This document shows positions 55,934-64,000 of a stretch of DNA of 64,000 bases, piece by piece. The notes under the pieces are model-generated. The model was not told the origin of the DNA and made no database searches. It worked only from the letters and a program-made list of their open reading frames with translations. The stretch comes from a virus. Location: positions 28,997-92,996 of the IMG/VR virus record IMGVR_UViG_3300045988_112558; one strand, written 5' to 3'. The number at the start of each line of letters is the position of its first letter. Position 1 is the stretch's first letter. A program made the position numbers and the translations under genes.

Positions 55934-56536
55934 TTAACTGTTGTACCCTTCTTTAATAATCGAATTTCTACCGGTAGATACTGACTGTCGAAGATCGTCA
56001 TGTACAGAATCTACCGTAGAATACTTGTTTCTGGTTGTAAAAATCACTTCCAGCATCTCCTTATAATCACCTAAAGCTACTTCATATCTCGGATCTACTT
56101 TGGCTTTTCTTTCGGCCTCGGCATTACTCTTAGCCAGCTCTCGGTCAAGAAGATCTTCTTTGATTCGGTCAGCAATCATATCAAGCTCTTTCTTGATTAC
56201 TTCGCCGGCTGCCCGAAGTTGACCTTCTACGTCGCCAAGCTGATCTTGGACGGTTCCTATTTCTTTCTTTAGACGATCGTATTCGTTAATCATACCCATA
56301 TCACCTGCATAGCCGGAAAAGTCCTTGATTATTCTGGTTCCTTCTTTAAGGAGCTCAATGACTCGTCTTTTGCGTTCTCTGCTTATTAAAGACGGAAGAC
56401 GATAATTCATATCCGCCACCGCCTTGTCGTGTATGGAGTTGATTAAAAACATCTCTCTTTCATCCCCTGCAAATTCGGTAAGAACCAAAAGGAACTTACT
56501 TATCAGGTATTCGTTTTCTTCTACAGTAAGTCTCAT
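55934..56536 (-). CDS. Coiled-coil hypothetical protein (200 aa).
   Basis: ORF. Confidence 0.5.
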   Translation of the reverse strand: MRLTVEENEYLISKFLLVLTEFAGDEREMFLINSIHDKAVADMNYRLPSLISRERKRRVIELLKEGTRIIKDFSGYAGDMGMINEYDRLKKEIGTVQDQLGDVEGQLRAAGEVIKKELDMIADRIKEDLLDRELAKSNAEAERKAKVDPRYEVALGDYKEMLEVIFTTRNKYSTVDSVHDDLRQSVSTGRNSIIKEGYNS

Positions 56537-56549
56537 ACGTTTCTTTTTT

Positions 56550-57677
56550 TTAATATACTGACTGTTCTTCCTTTGTCTCTTGTTCTTGATTGTCCGTAAC
56601 GTCTTCCACAGTATAGAGCTTGGGCGGCGTCGGCGGCTGGTTGGGGTTCACGAACTTCGTACCTCCCTCCCCGTACATCCATCCATGCCCCGGCAGAATC
56701 TCTGGGTGGATTGTGTTAGTAAGCTCTTCCATACTAACCTGCCTTACCTTCAGTATATGATGAAACACCAGTCCGGCTGTCCTGAATGATGTTTTGTTTT
56801 CAGTTTTAAACCTATCAAGAGTCTGATACCAATCTTTCCCAAATATCATATACTTATCCAGTCCGTACCGACGAGGATTATGCAAACCTATCATTAACGT
56901 ACATAACTGACCCAGCGTATCAGACTGGTAAAAATCAGAAAGACGCGGAGGTTGCTCTTGTGGGCTTTTTATCCTTCCTTCTATCTCTCTGTTGAATTGG
57001 GATATAATGAGGAAAAATATGTTTTTATATACTAATTTAGCCTCATTCATAACCGCCACCAAATCATCTATAGCCGACTTAGGATCTAACCCCATTCTTT
57101 TTATTAAAGCAATATGATCGACTTTAAATATTATAAGACGTTTGTCTTTGTGTTTGGTAGCTATATGATACACAGCCGCCTCAAACTCTTTTACCGTACA
57201 CGGAGCATCGATGTATATTATATTATTTCTGATTTCACCTTGAAGGATTTCAAACATCCTCATCTCTTCTACTGTATTAGAATCTTGCCTTCTTAATATT
57301 TCAGGAGCCCTCTTTTTCATATCCTGGCTCATTCTACGAAGAAGAAGATCTTGAGGATTCATTTCGAACTCGCAATTGACAAGAAAATAATCTTCTGCTT
57401 GCGGGTTGATCATCGGATTCATCACATTTTCCAATATCTTTTGGGCCACATACGATTTACCCACAGATGGCCGGGCTCCTATGGCAATAGCATGCTGAGG
57501 AAAAATACCTCCAAGCAAAGCCTCATCAATATAATCGTATCCGGTTTTAGCGGGGATAAGCTCTCCCCGCCTGTATTTTAAGATATTCTCATACGCCTCT
57601 TCCATAACCTGTTTAGAGGTCTTGAATATCCTTCTTATATCTATCCTATTTGCTATCTCCTCTTGCATTTTTGTCAC
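56550..57677 (-). CDS. DnaB-family replicative helicase (RecA-like C-terminal domain only, 375 aa).
   Basis: TGYDYIDEALLGGIFPQHAIAIGARPSVGKSYVA contains the DnaB loader-contact region and Walker A motif. Walker B-like IFKVDHIAL. Confidence 0.7.
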   Translation of the reverse strand: MTKMQEEIANRIDIRRIFKTSKQVMEEAYENILKYRRGELIPAKTGYDYIDEALLGGIFPQHAIAIGARPSVGKSYVAQKILENVMNPMINPQAEDYFLVNCEFEMNPQDLLLRRMSQDMKKRAPEILRRQDSNTVEEMRMFEILQGEIRNNIIYIDAPCTVKEFEAAVYHIATKHKDKRLIIFKVDHIALIKRMGLDPKSAIDDLVAVMNEAKLVYKNIFFLIISQFNREIEGRIKSPQEQPPRLSDFYQSDTLGQLCTLMIGLHNPRRYGLDKYMIFGKDWYQTLDRFKTENKTSFRTAGLVFHHILKVRQVSMEELTNTIHPEILPGHGWMYGEGGTKFVNPNQPPTPPKLYTVEDVTDNQEQETKEEQSVY

Positions 57678-57924
57678 CTTTTGTATCCGATTTGGACCCC
57701 CTATTAGCTTTTACTGATTTATACCTAAGACCGTTCTTGGTATGAGAACAATCTTTACCTTTCCTCCAGCCCTTGCCTTTCTTTTTGTCCGTTTCGTAGT
57801 TTTTACGACCAAGCTCCCGGCGTTTGGCTTTCTGTTCTGGTCTGGCATTTATCTCCTTATCTTTTTTAGCCTTTTTTTTCCTGGCTTCAGAATGAGTCCT
57901 GTAGTACTCTGTTGAACGTCCCAT
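57646..57924 (-). CDS. Highly basic Lys/Arg-rich small protein (92 aa), possibly DNA-binding.
   Basis: KKKAKKDKEINARPEQKAKRRELGRKNYETDKKKGKGWRKGKD. Confidence 0.45.
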   Translation of the reverse strand: MGRSTEYYRTHSEARKKKAKKDKEINARPEQKAKRRELGRKNYETDKKKGKGWRKGKDCSHTKNGLRYKSVKANRGSKSDTKGDKNARGDSK

Positions 57925-57974
57925 TTCTTTGTATTTTAAAAGTTAATGATACAAAGATAAGTATTAACAGATTC

Positions 57975-58541
57975 CTACTTTAAAAAGCCGTAACTCATAT
58001 CTGGGTCACACCAAACATACCCATCTTTGTCATGATGTAAGTACGATGGGCAGCCATGACAGGCACTACTTCCACATACGATCTTACTGTTTTTGTTCTG
58101 ACATTCATCACCCGGCTTATGCCATTCAATGTTAGAACCGGACCGGCTTTTATTTACATGACAGAACTGAAATACTTTCCCCATCGTCTTTTCTCCGAAC
58201 ATACCGATGTGTGTATATTCAGGAGGTAAATTTAGAAACTCAGATAGGTCTTCGTACATCTTCTTCCTTTCTTCCGGTGTAACCCATAACCTATCTAATT
58301 CAGCATGAACCCTCATCTTAAGAGATCGGAGCGAAGCATCTGCCAACCTGCCCAGCGCCTTACCTTTATTAGGACCGGTACCATGTACACCTACATAAGC
58401 ATTGCACGGCTTACACATCATTACCATGCCTAATCCTTTTCTTTTATATATTTCGTCGGCATTAACCAGCTTCGTTTCCCTACCACAATAAGGGCATATT
58501 TCTCCGGCTAAAACCCGTTGTTGCTTTTCAGAGAGTTCCAT
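57975..58541 (-). CDS. Cys-rich zinc-binding protein (188 aa).
   Basis: CPYCG...CKPC and several further Cys/His. Confidence 0.45.
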   Translation of the reverse strand: MELSEKQQRVLAGEICPYCGRETKLVNADEIYKRKGLGMVMMCKPCNAYVGVHGTGPNKGKALGRLADASLRSLKMRVHAELDRLWVTPEERKKMYEDLSEFLNLPPEYTHIGMFGEKTMGKVFQFCHVNKSRSGSNIEWHKPGDECQNKNSKIVCGSSACHGCPSYLHHDKDGYVWCDPDMSYGFLK

Positions 58542-58783
58542 ACTTTATCTTTTTGAGCTTCTTTAAACTTATCATATAGGCTTTTTTCGGTTTCCACTTC
58601 GGAAATCTCAATCTCCACCCCTTCTCTTTTTAATATTACTTTCTTGGCAGTAGGATACGCACATTTAGAGATACGAATAGCATTACGAATAGCGTAAACA
58701 AAATACGTTTCTGGTGATGATTCGATCACCACTACCTCGTTTAAAGTGTTTTTGTAATTTTCCATGTTATCTACTTGCTTCAA
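58508..58783 (-). CDS. Hypothetical protein (91 aa).
   Basis: ORF. Confidence 0.45.
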   Translation of the reverse strand: MKQVDNMENYKNTLNEVVVIESSPETYFVYAIRNAIRISKCAYPTAKKVILKREGVEIEISEVETEKSLYDKFKEAQKDKVWNSLKSNNGF

Positions 58784-59120
58784 TTATATAACCCGGATGA
58801 TCTTCACACGCCTTTTTATATTCGATAAGAAACTTAAGAAATGAATCATAAGACCCCCATCCGTTTTTCGGCTCGTATCTCAAAAGACTTTTTCTCTTGG
58901 AGATCATAATACATATACCTTTTGTAAGTACATTCTTCATCTCATTGGTATATATTTCTCTATACAATTCTTCTGGTCTCCAAACATAATCGTACAGCGT
59001 TTCTTTATTTTCTGATACGAATATTCTTTGTGCCATCTTGTTCATGTTGTGGGTGATGTTTGCAACCCATTCACGATCCTCTTCCTTCTTCTTACTCTTA
59101 ATATAAACATCCAGGCTCAT
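58767..59120 (-). CDS. Hypothetical protein (117 aa).
   Basis: ORF. Confidence 0.45.
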   Translation of the reverse strand: MSLDVYIKSKKKEEDREWVANITHNMNKMAQRIFVSENKETLYDYVWRPEELYREIYTNEMKNVLTKGICIMISKRKSLLRYEPKNGWGSYDSFLKFLIEYKKACEDHPGYIIEASR

Positions 59121-60111
59121 GATATTTTTCCTTTACCTTGTTACTAATTATTAAATCTGCCACATCATCTCCATCTCCTACATTTTCAACATTTTGAAGA
59201 TAGTCCGATACTTTTATCCTTGACTTCATCATCATTCCATCTATCTTTTTACTCCATGTATCAAATGCTTGTCCTTTGTCCGGAAAAGCTACAGTCTTTC
59301 TATCTTTTAAAACATCTATCACTTCCGGCCTTAGATTCTGCAACCCTCCGGTGGCCACAAATAATTCATCTGGTTTATTCACAGCGCATATAATAGCCGT
59401 CTTTTCTGATTCCACCAGATTAACCACCTTATCCGGATACTGGCTTAGAAGATGCTCTCCGAACAGGCATTGTCTAAACAAGAAGTCCCTTGCATGCAAC
59501 GAGTGATAAAACATGATATGAGGCCGCTCATTGTCACCGTCTTTTTCTTTCACTCTTTTTACATCAATCTCATTCCCCTGGCTGTCGGTCTTTATATAAA
59601 AGTCCATGATCTTGCCGGTTCTACATACAAAGTCCTTATCTATCTGCCAGAATATACAACACCCTTTCCATCCCCATAAGTCCATTGTTCCGACATGATA
59701 TCTTCTAAATACGTCAGATACCCTTTCTTTTCCCCATAGAGACGATAAAAATCTAAATACAGTATTTCTATCATCTGGAACCACAGTCCTCTCAAACTCG
59801 CTAAAAGGTATGTAATTTACGACATCAGGGTTTACAGGAGGACGATAAGCTCTTATACACTTATTCCCAGAAATCCAAAGATCTTTGTCACCTACATCCT
59901 TGCCGGTAGGTCGTTTATCGTAACCGCAAGTCCGTTCATGATCGCATCTTCCGAACTCGTTTCCAACAATCTGACCTGTTGCCACATCAATATAAGGAGT
60001 AAGGCACCGGCCTTTCCCGCAGGCCGGGCAGGTTAGCTTCAGTCGGCTCCTGCCGGGTCTGCGGTCAAGTTGAAACCGGGGTACGTTTTCGTATTTTCTA
60101 AAATCAAGCAT
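59098..60111 (-). CDS. Putative DNA primase (N-terminal zinc finger plus a TOPRIM-like C-terminal domain).
   Basis: CPACGKGRC...GRCDHERTCGY zinc-binding. C-terminal LVESEKTAIICAV...ATGG...VAFPDKGQAFD resembles the TOPRIM Glu and acidic motifs. Lies near the DnaB-like helicase. Confidence 0.4.
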   Translation of the reverse strand: MLDFRKYENVPRFQLDRRPGRSRLKLTCPACGKGRCLTPYIDVATGQIVGNEFGRCDHERTCGYDKRPTGKDVGDKDLWISGNKCIRAYRPPVNPDVVNYIPFSEFERTVVPDDRNTVFRFLSSLWGKERVSDVFRRYHVGTMDLWGWKGCCIFWQIDKDFVCRTGKIMDFYIKTDSQGNEIDVKRVKEKDGDNERPHIMFYHSLHARDFLFRQCLFGEHLLSQYPDKVVNLVESEKTAIICAVNKPDELFVATGGLQNLRPEVIDVLKDRKTVAFPDKGQAFDTWSKKIDGMMMKSRIKVSDYLQNVENVGDGDDVADLIISNKVKEKYHEPGCLY

Positions 60112-60454
60112 TTTTAACTCCTCTCATTGCCTCTATGACTCTATCTGCTATAGTTATAGACCATGACACCACATCTGGTACATATACTCCGCAATCTATT
60201 TCACCTTTTCTATTTTGTGCTTTAACAAACTCAATAGAATAAGCCTTAATAAGATCGAATCTACGTTGCTCCCAGTCTACATCTTTGTTTTCGTCATTTA
60301 CAGGAAGGGTATCGAGATAAAAATTTAAACTCTCACTTATCACATTCCCATTATTATCATAGAACTGTATTCTGTCATGGTCGCTTCTTGTAGTTGAGCT
60401 ACTGAAAGTGATTACTTCTATTATCTCTCCTGTTCTTCTAATTTTTCTTTTCAT
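60104..60454 (-). CDS. Hypothetical protein (116 aa).
   Basis: ORF. Confidence 0.45.
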   Translation of the reverse strand: MKRKIRRTGEIIEVITFSSSTTRSDHDRIQFYDNNGNVISESLNFYLDTLPVNDENKDVDWEQRRFDLIKAYSIEFVKAQNRKGEIDCGVYVPDVVSWSITIADRVIEAMRGVKNA

Positions 60455-60684
60455 ACTCTTCTTGTATTTCTGACCAATATAGGCATTATTATTTCGATGG
60501 TCTTGCCATATTTCTTATGAGATGCAAGTACACATATTGCATATTTATCTCCTATTTTCAAATCTTTCGATAATCTTAATCTTGAACCCCTTTTGATGTT
60601 AATAAAATAATCACCAAAAGGATTGATGCATATCGGTTTTACGATTTCTATATAATCTCCTTCAGGAATAACAATATCGTTCAT
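60451..60684 (-). CDS. Hypothetical protein (77 aa).
   Basis: ORF. Confidence 0.4.
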   Translation of the reverse strand: MNDIVIPEGDYIEIVKPICINPFGDYFINIKRGSRLRLSKDLKIGDKYAICVLASHKKYGKTIEIIMPILVRNTRRV

Positions 60685-61997
60685 ATTATGAATCTTTTAG
60701 ACATTTCCTCTGCAATATCATACACGACCGTATGATCCTCTTCATTGTACGGCTTATTGATATTCAGCACTCCTTTTCTCACTTTGAACTTCTTATCTTT
60801 TCTAAGGTGATTCAACATACCTTGTTGGAACACGCAGTCCGCCTTTTCAAGTGCTATACTGTCTTCTGTCCATTCTTTCAGCGTATATCCTTTGCTGCTC
60901 GTGCTTTTTGGAGAAAAGTTCATAATACGTGCATCAATCCCATACCATGCTTTAACCATTCTTCTTTCAGCTTCTAATTGAAATGCATATGATTCCCATA
61001 TTCCCCCTGATTTAAAGTCGAGAATAACCACTTCTTCCTTCTCCACGTCTCTTACCTCCTTCTTCGGATCACCTTTTTTGAACTGCCCTGTGGCCCTTTG
61101 ATACACGGCTCCAAAATAACCTTCTTCTTTGTACTTGAATGTCATTTTAACCATCGCATCTATCGGCGTAGCTACCAAATAGTCTTCTAATGACAATATT
61201 CTTTCAATCATCATCGGCTTAACCTTATACTCCGAACAAAATTTGGCAAACCTCATAATTCTGACAATCATATCATCAAGATCATCAATACTGTTAAAGA
61301 ACCGATCAAGATTTTTCTTAGATATCTTCAGCTTACCTTCTTGCACTGTCTTAACTATAAAACTTCGATTTAAGACCATATCTCTACCTGTTAGGTACAA
61401 TCCGTATAAGTAGTGCATGATCGTTCCCTTATCAGCTTCATACTGTGCCACCTCTTCCGGATTGCGACCAAGCATCTTCATCTCTTGCTTCCATTCCTGA
61501 AGTGCGGTCTTATCATCTACATACCCATCTTTGATTAAAGTTGTTACCGAAGCATATATCTTGGCCGTCCCATCATCCATCTTCCTTACATAAAAACGAT
61601 TATCGTCTAATGTCAATCTTACGAATTTAGGAGTCTCAATCTTCTTCAACTCATCGCAGATATAAAATGGCTCTAATGTTTCCTGATTTTCTATAAACGG
61701 ATTCGAATCTTCTTCTCCAGGGTTAGGAGCGGCTTCCTCCGCCTGAGCTTCCGGTTCCTCCTTCTGGGCCTGCTCTGGCTCAGGCGCCGGCTCTTCAACT
61801 ACTGGAACCTGTCCACCTTTTTCTGCTATGTCTCTGTTCTTTATTAAAGACATAACCTCCTTCTTCAACTGCTCTGGTGTTTGGTTAGGATCTGACACCG
61901 ACATCACAACATCGTTCATTCTAAACAACGTATTTCCTTCTCCTTCTACCATAGGCGCAAACCCTAAATCTGTCAATATTTTTATCTTCTCTTTCAT
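60681..61997 (-). CDS. Protein with a C-terminal RecB-family PD-(D/E)xK nuclease-like domain and an acidic Pro/Glu-rich linker (438 aa).
   Basis: VVILDFKSGG (hhDYKTG-type) followed by QLEAE. The catalytic assignment is tentative. Confidence 0.35.
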   Translation of the reverse strand: MKEKIKILTDLGFAPMVEGEGNTLFRMNDVVMSVSDPNQTPEQLKKEVMSLIKNRDIAEKGGQVPVVEEPAPEPEQAQKEEPEAQAEEAAPNPGEEDSNPFIENQETLEPFYICDELKKIETPKFVRLTLDDNRFYVRKMDDGTAKIYASVTTLIKDGYVDDKTALQEWKQEMKMLGRNPEEVAQYEADKGTIMHYLYGLYLTGRDMVLNRSFIVKTVQEGKLKISKKNLDRFFNSIDDLDDMIVRIMRFAKFCSEYKVKPMMIERILSLEDYLVATPIDAMVKMTFKYKEEGYFGAVYQRATGQFKKGDPKKEVRDVEKEEVVILDFKSGGIWESYAFQLEAERRMVKAWYGIDARIMNFSPKSTSSKGYTLKEWTEDSIALEKADCVFQQGMLNHLRKDKKFKVRKGVLNINKPYNEEDHTVVYDIAEEMSKRFII

Positions 61998-62179
61998 GAT
62001 CTTCCTCTAATCAATTCTTCTTTAATACAATGTAACACTGTTTCCACTTCATCTTTATCTCTATCTTTCACTGCGATAGCTATATCCTTGCCATAACTCT
62101 CTCTTTGTATGTGAGCATAAAAGATAGTTTCATTGTCAGCTTCTATTCTTATTTTATAAAGCTTTCTCATATCTGTCAA
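61994..62179 (-). CDS. Small hypothetical protein (61 aa).
   Basis: ORF. Confidence 0.35.
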   Translation of the reverse strand: MTDMRKLYKIRIEADNETIFYAHIQRESYGKDIAIAVKDRDKDEVETVLHCIKEELIRGRS

Positions 62180-62678
62180 TTATTTCAATAATTAATCTAC
62201 CTCTTTCTTTAATCATCCCCCTGCTTTCCATATCCAGCACCTTCTTTACCGCATACTTCCATACAAAAGGAAATTCTGTTTCAAGTTTATCAAATTCCAT
62301 CCGGTCAAGATACATGTCGAATACCGTATGCTCCGATTCATGTAGAAAAACTATATTATCTCTGCAAGTGGCAACCGACTTATATATCCTTTTTGGAAGT
62401 ATGTGACAGACGTTACATACTGTAGGAAAATGAATAGCCTTACCAGTCATAGACATTCGAATGCTACCCAACTCCTCCAACATAAGACGAAAAAACCCAG
62501 ATAAATCCGGGTTCTCTAACTTTTTCTTCTTGCTGCTGTTTTTAATGGATGTAATTCTGTTTTTTTTCTTCGGAGTCAACTCTTTGCTCCTACAAGCCTG
62601 GCATAAGCCATGACTTCTTATCATCACTTTTCGTCCGCATCGTTCGCAGACGTATAGCTTCTTTTCCTTGCTTTCCAT
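62154..62678 (-). CDS. Zinc-ribbon protein, possibly an HNH-type nuclease (174 aa).
   Basis: CERCG...CQAC, plus a CNVCH...N...H region. Confidence 0.35.
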   Translation of the reverse strand: MESKEKKLYVCERCGRKVMIRSHGLCQACRSKELTPKKKNRITSIKNSSKKKKLENPDLSGFFRLMLEELGSIRMSMTGKAIHFPTVCNVCHILPKRIYKSVATCRDNIVFLHESEHTVFDMYLDRMEFDKLETEFPFVWKYAVKKVLDMESRGMIKERGRLIIEIIDRYEKAL

Positions 62679-62863
62679 TCGAATAATAATGATATTATTG
62701 AAAAGAGCAATCCCGCTGAAGCCAGTAGATAAGGTACGTTCATTAATAATTTAGATACCTCGTCTGTCTTAATCACTATCAGAAAGAAAGCGCCTGCTGA
62801 AAGCAATGATATTATCGCCACAACAAGCGCTATGTTGGAAACTACATCAGCCTTACTCTTCAC
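62624..62863 (-). CDS. Small two-transmembrane-helix membrane protein (79 aa).
   Basis: Two hydrophobic segments. Confidence 0.4.
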   Translation of the reverse strand: MKSKADVVSNIALVVAIISLLSAGAFFLIVIKTDEVSKLLMNVPYLLASAGLLFSIISLLFEWKARKRSYTSANDADEK

Positions 62864-63323
62864 TCTTCTTCTCGCCTAATTTTTCAGCTCCCTTCTGAAG
62901 ATCGTATTTGAATACATCAATGATCTTCGTTTCAGCAATAGCTTCGCAATTCCAGTCTCCTAACGTGCCCTGCATACCTTTAGTTAACACAGCCTCAGCG
63001 TCTTTCGGATTGCCGGCCTGGACATACATATAGCATGGCGTTTTCTTTTCTTTACCTTTCTTTTCATCCAGTGTAATGTAATTCACCTTACACTTATACC
63101 AGTACTCAGCTTCTCCGTTGAAGAAGATTTCCGACACCTTAATAGGATTTATTTTAATAATGTCGAACACTTGAAATAAATCCTTGAAAATCTCTAAAGA
63201 TCTTGATTCTGCCTCTGTATAAGACAAGGCATCTACCAAATACTTTTCAGTTACTTTCTTTTTTTTGCCGTTCTCGATATTATCAATCTCGGCTTTTACC
63301 GTAATTTCAAACCAGCGATTCAT
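62853..63323 (-). CDS. Hypothetical protein (156 aa).
   Basis: ORF. Confidence 0.45.
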   Translation of the reverse strand: MNRWFEITVKAEIDNIENGKKKKVTEKYLVDALSYTEAESRSLEIFKDLFQVFDIIKINPIKVSEIFFNGEAEYWYKCKVNYITLDEKKGKEKKTPCYMYVQAGNPKDAEAVLTKGMQGTLGDWNCEAIAETKIIDVFKYDLQKGAEKLGEKKSEE

Positions 63324-63334
63324 TGTATTAATAT

Positions 63335-63643
63335 TTAATTAGTTGATTTCTTTCCTTTCTCTATACTATTTTTAAATCTTTCAGAACACCACTGCAAAAC
63401 ATCCATCATCATCATCTCATTATTAGATAAGATGCCTTTTATAATTAACGCCAATTGATGCTGTGACATTCTTAGGCTCATATCAAATCTTCTTTCCTCT
63501 TCATTTACTATCGTGGCTACGAAATACTTACACCCCTCTAAGTGCGTCAGGGCTTCAATCATAGCTTCTTTTATCTCTTTTTCTTCCATTTTGTTTGTTT
63601 TTTTTGGACAAAGATATGTCTTTTGATAATAAAAAAGATTCAA
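63335..63643 (-). CDS. Hypothetical protein (102 aa).
   Basis: ORF. Confidence 0.45.
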   Translation of the reverse strand: MNLFYYQKTYLCPKKTNKMEEKEIKEAMIEALTHLEGCKYFVATIVNEEERRFDMSLRMSQHQLALIIKGILSNNEMMMMDVLQWCSERFKNSIEKGKKSTN

Positions 63644-63666
63644 AATGATTTAATTTAGCTTAATTA

Positions 63667-63921
63667 CTACTCTTTTGATTCGTCCGGCATAGGCATGTCA
63701 AACTTTTTCCTGATAAACGATTCTGTTTCTTCATTGAATGGATAGGCCTCCTTAATAAAATTCATAGCTACCTCCATATCACCGTCTGCTATATCTTTAT
63801 ACCTTTCAAAGATACCAACCAGGTCATTGTTATATGAACGCTCTTGTTTTATGTTGTACACGTATTTCAATACCCTGTCTTTAATTTCATTGGCATTTTT
63901 CATGGAAAAGAATAGCTCCAA
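63667..63921 (-). CDS. Hypothetical protein (84 aa).
   Basis: ORF. Confidence 0.45.
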   Translation of the reverse strand: MELFFSMKNANEIKDRVLKYVYNIKQERSYNNDLVGIFERYKDIADGDMEVAMNFIKEAYPFNEETESFIRKKFDMPMPDESKE

Positions 63922-64000
63922 ACGGAGAAGTAGTTGGTGCTTCTACCCAAGGATATGCCAATAAAAGTTACTGTAAAGAGAATGCAAGGAGAAATGGGTG

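Overview
The window is a 64 kb slice of a large, AT-rich double-stranded DNA phage genome whose host is probably a member of the Bacteroidetes. The host inference rests on three TTTG-N19-TAnnTTTG promoters (6227-6257, 13050-13080, 37424-37461) plus -7 TAnnTTTG boxes at 8535-8542, 14166-14173 and 29744-29751, and on most genes lacking a Shine-Dalgarno sequence. A plus-strand block (1-29593) carries a giant structural protein truncated at the window edge (at least 2032 aa), an operon of large virion proteins (948, 1019, 2213, 192 and 752 aa), and a 993-aa lysin with two peptidoglycan-hydrolase domains preceded by two tandem HExxH mini-metalloproteases. The most unusual element sits at 6227-8532. 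It is an autonomous ncRNA locus (own promoter, own terminator) of one canonical tRNA-Tyr(GUA) and two degenerate tRNA-like copies, immediately followed by a second terminator-delimited gene for a Ro60/Rsr ortholog (TROVE plus vWA-MIDAS). I read this as a candidate phage Ro60/Y-RNA-like RNP module. A 760-bp non-coding hub (12340-13099) holds three hairpins that share an identical 11-nt loop over covarying stems, AT-rich iteron-like repeats and palindromes. A plus-strand accessory region of small genes (29816-37345) includes an HTH regulator, two proteins with CC motifs, an RGG/YG-rich protein, and a DUF2829 (Tad2-like, anti-Thoeris-type) module fused to an N-terminal domain. A third giant gene (2148 aa) follows, and a bidirectional terminator (44069-44108) separates it from a convergent minus-strand block (44144-63921). 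That block carries an SF2 DEAH helicase, a DnaB-like helicase, a zinc-finger/TOPRIM primase-like protein, two RecB-family nucleases (one Cas4-like), and a dATP/dGTP-pyrophosphohydrolase-like protein. Unexpectedly it also carries an operon of acyl carrier protein, NfeD and flotillin (SPFH), and a small lipoprotein. No CRISPR array, rRNA or transposon was seen. All calls are from reading the sequence; no database search was possible.
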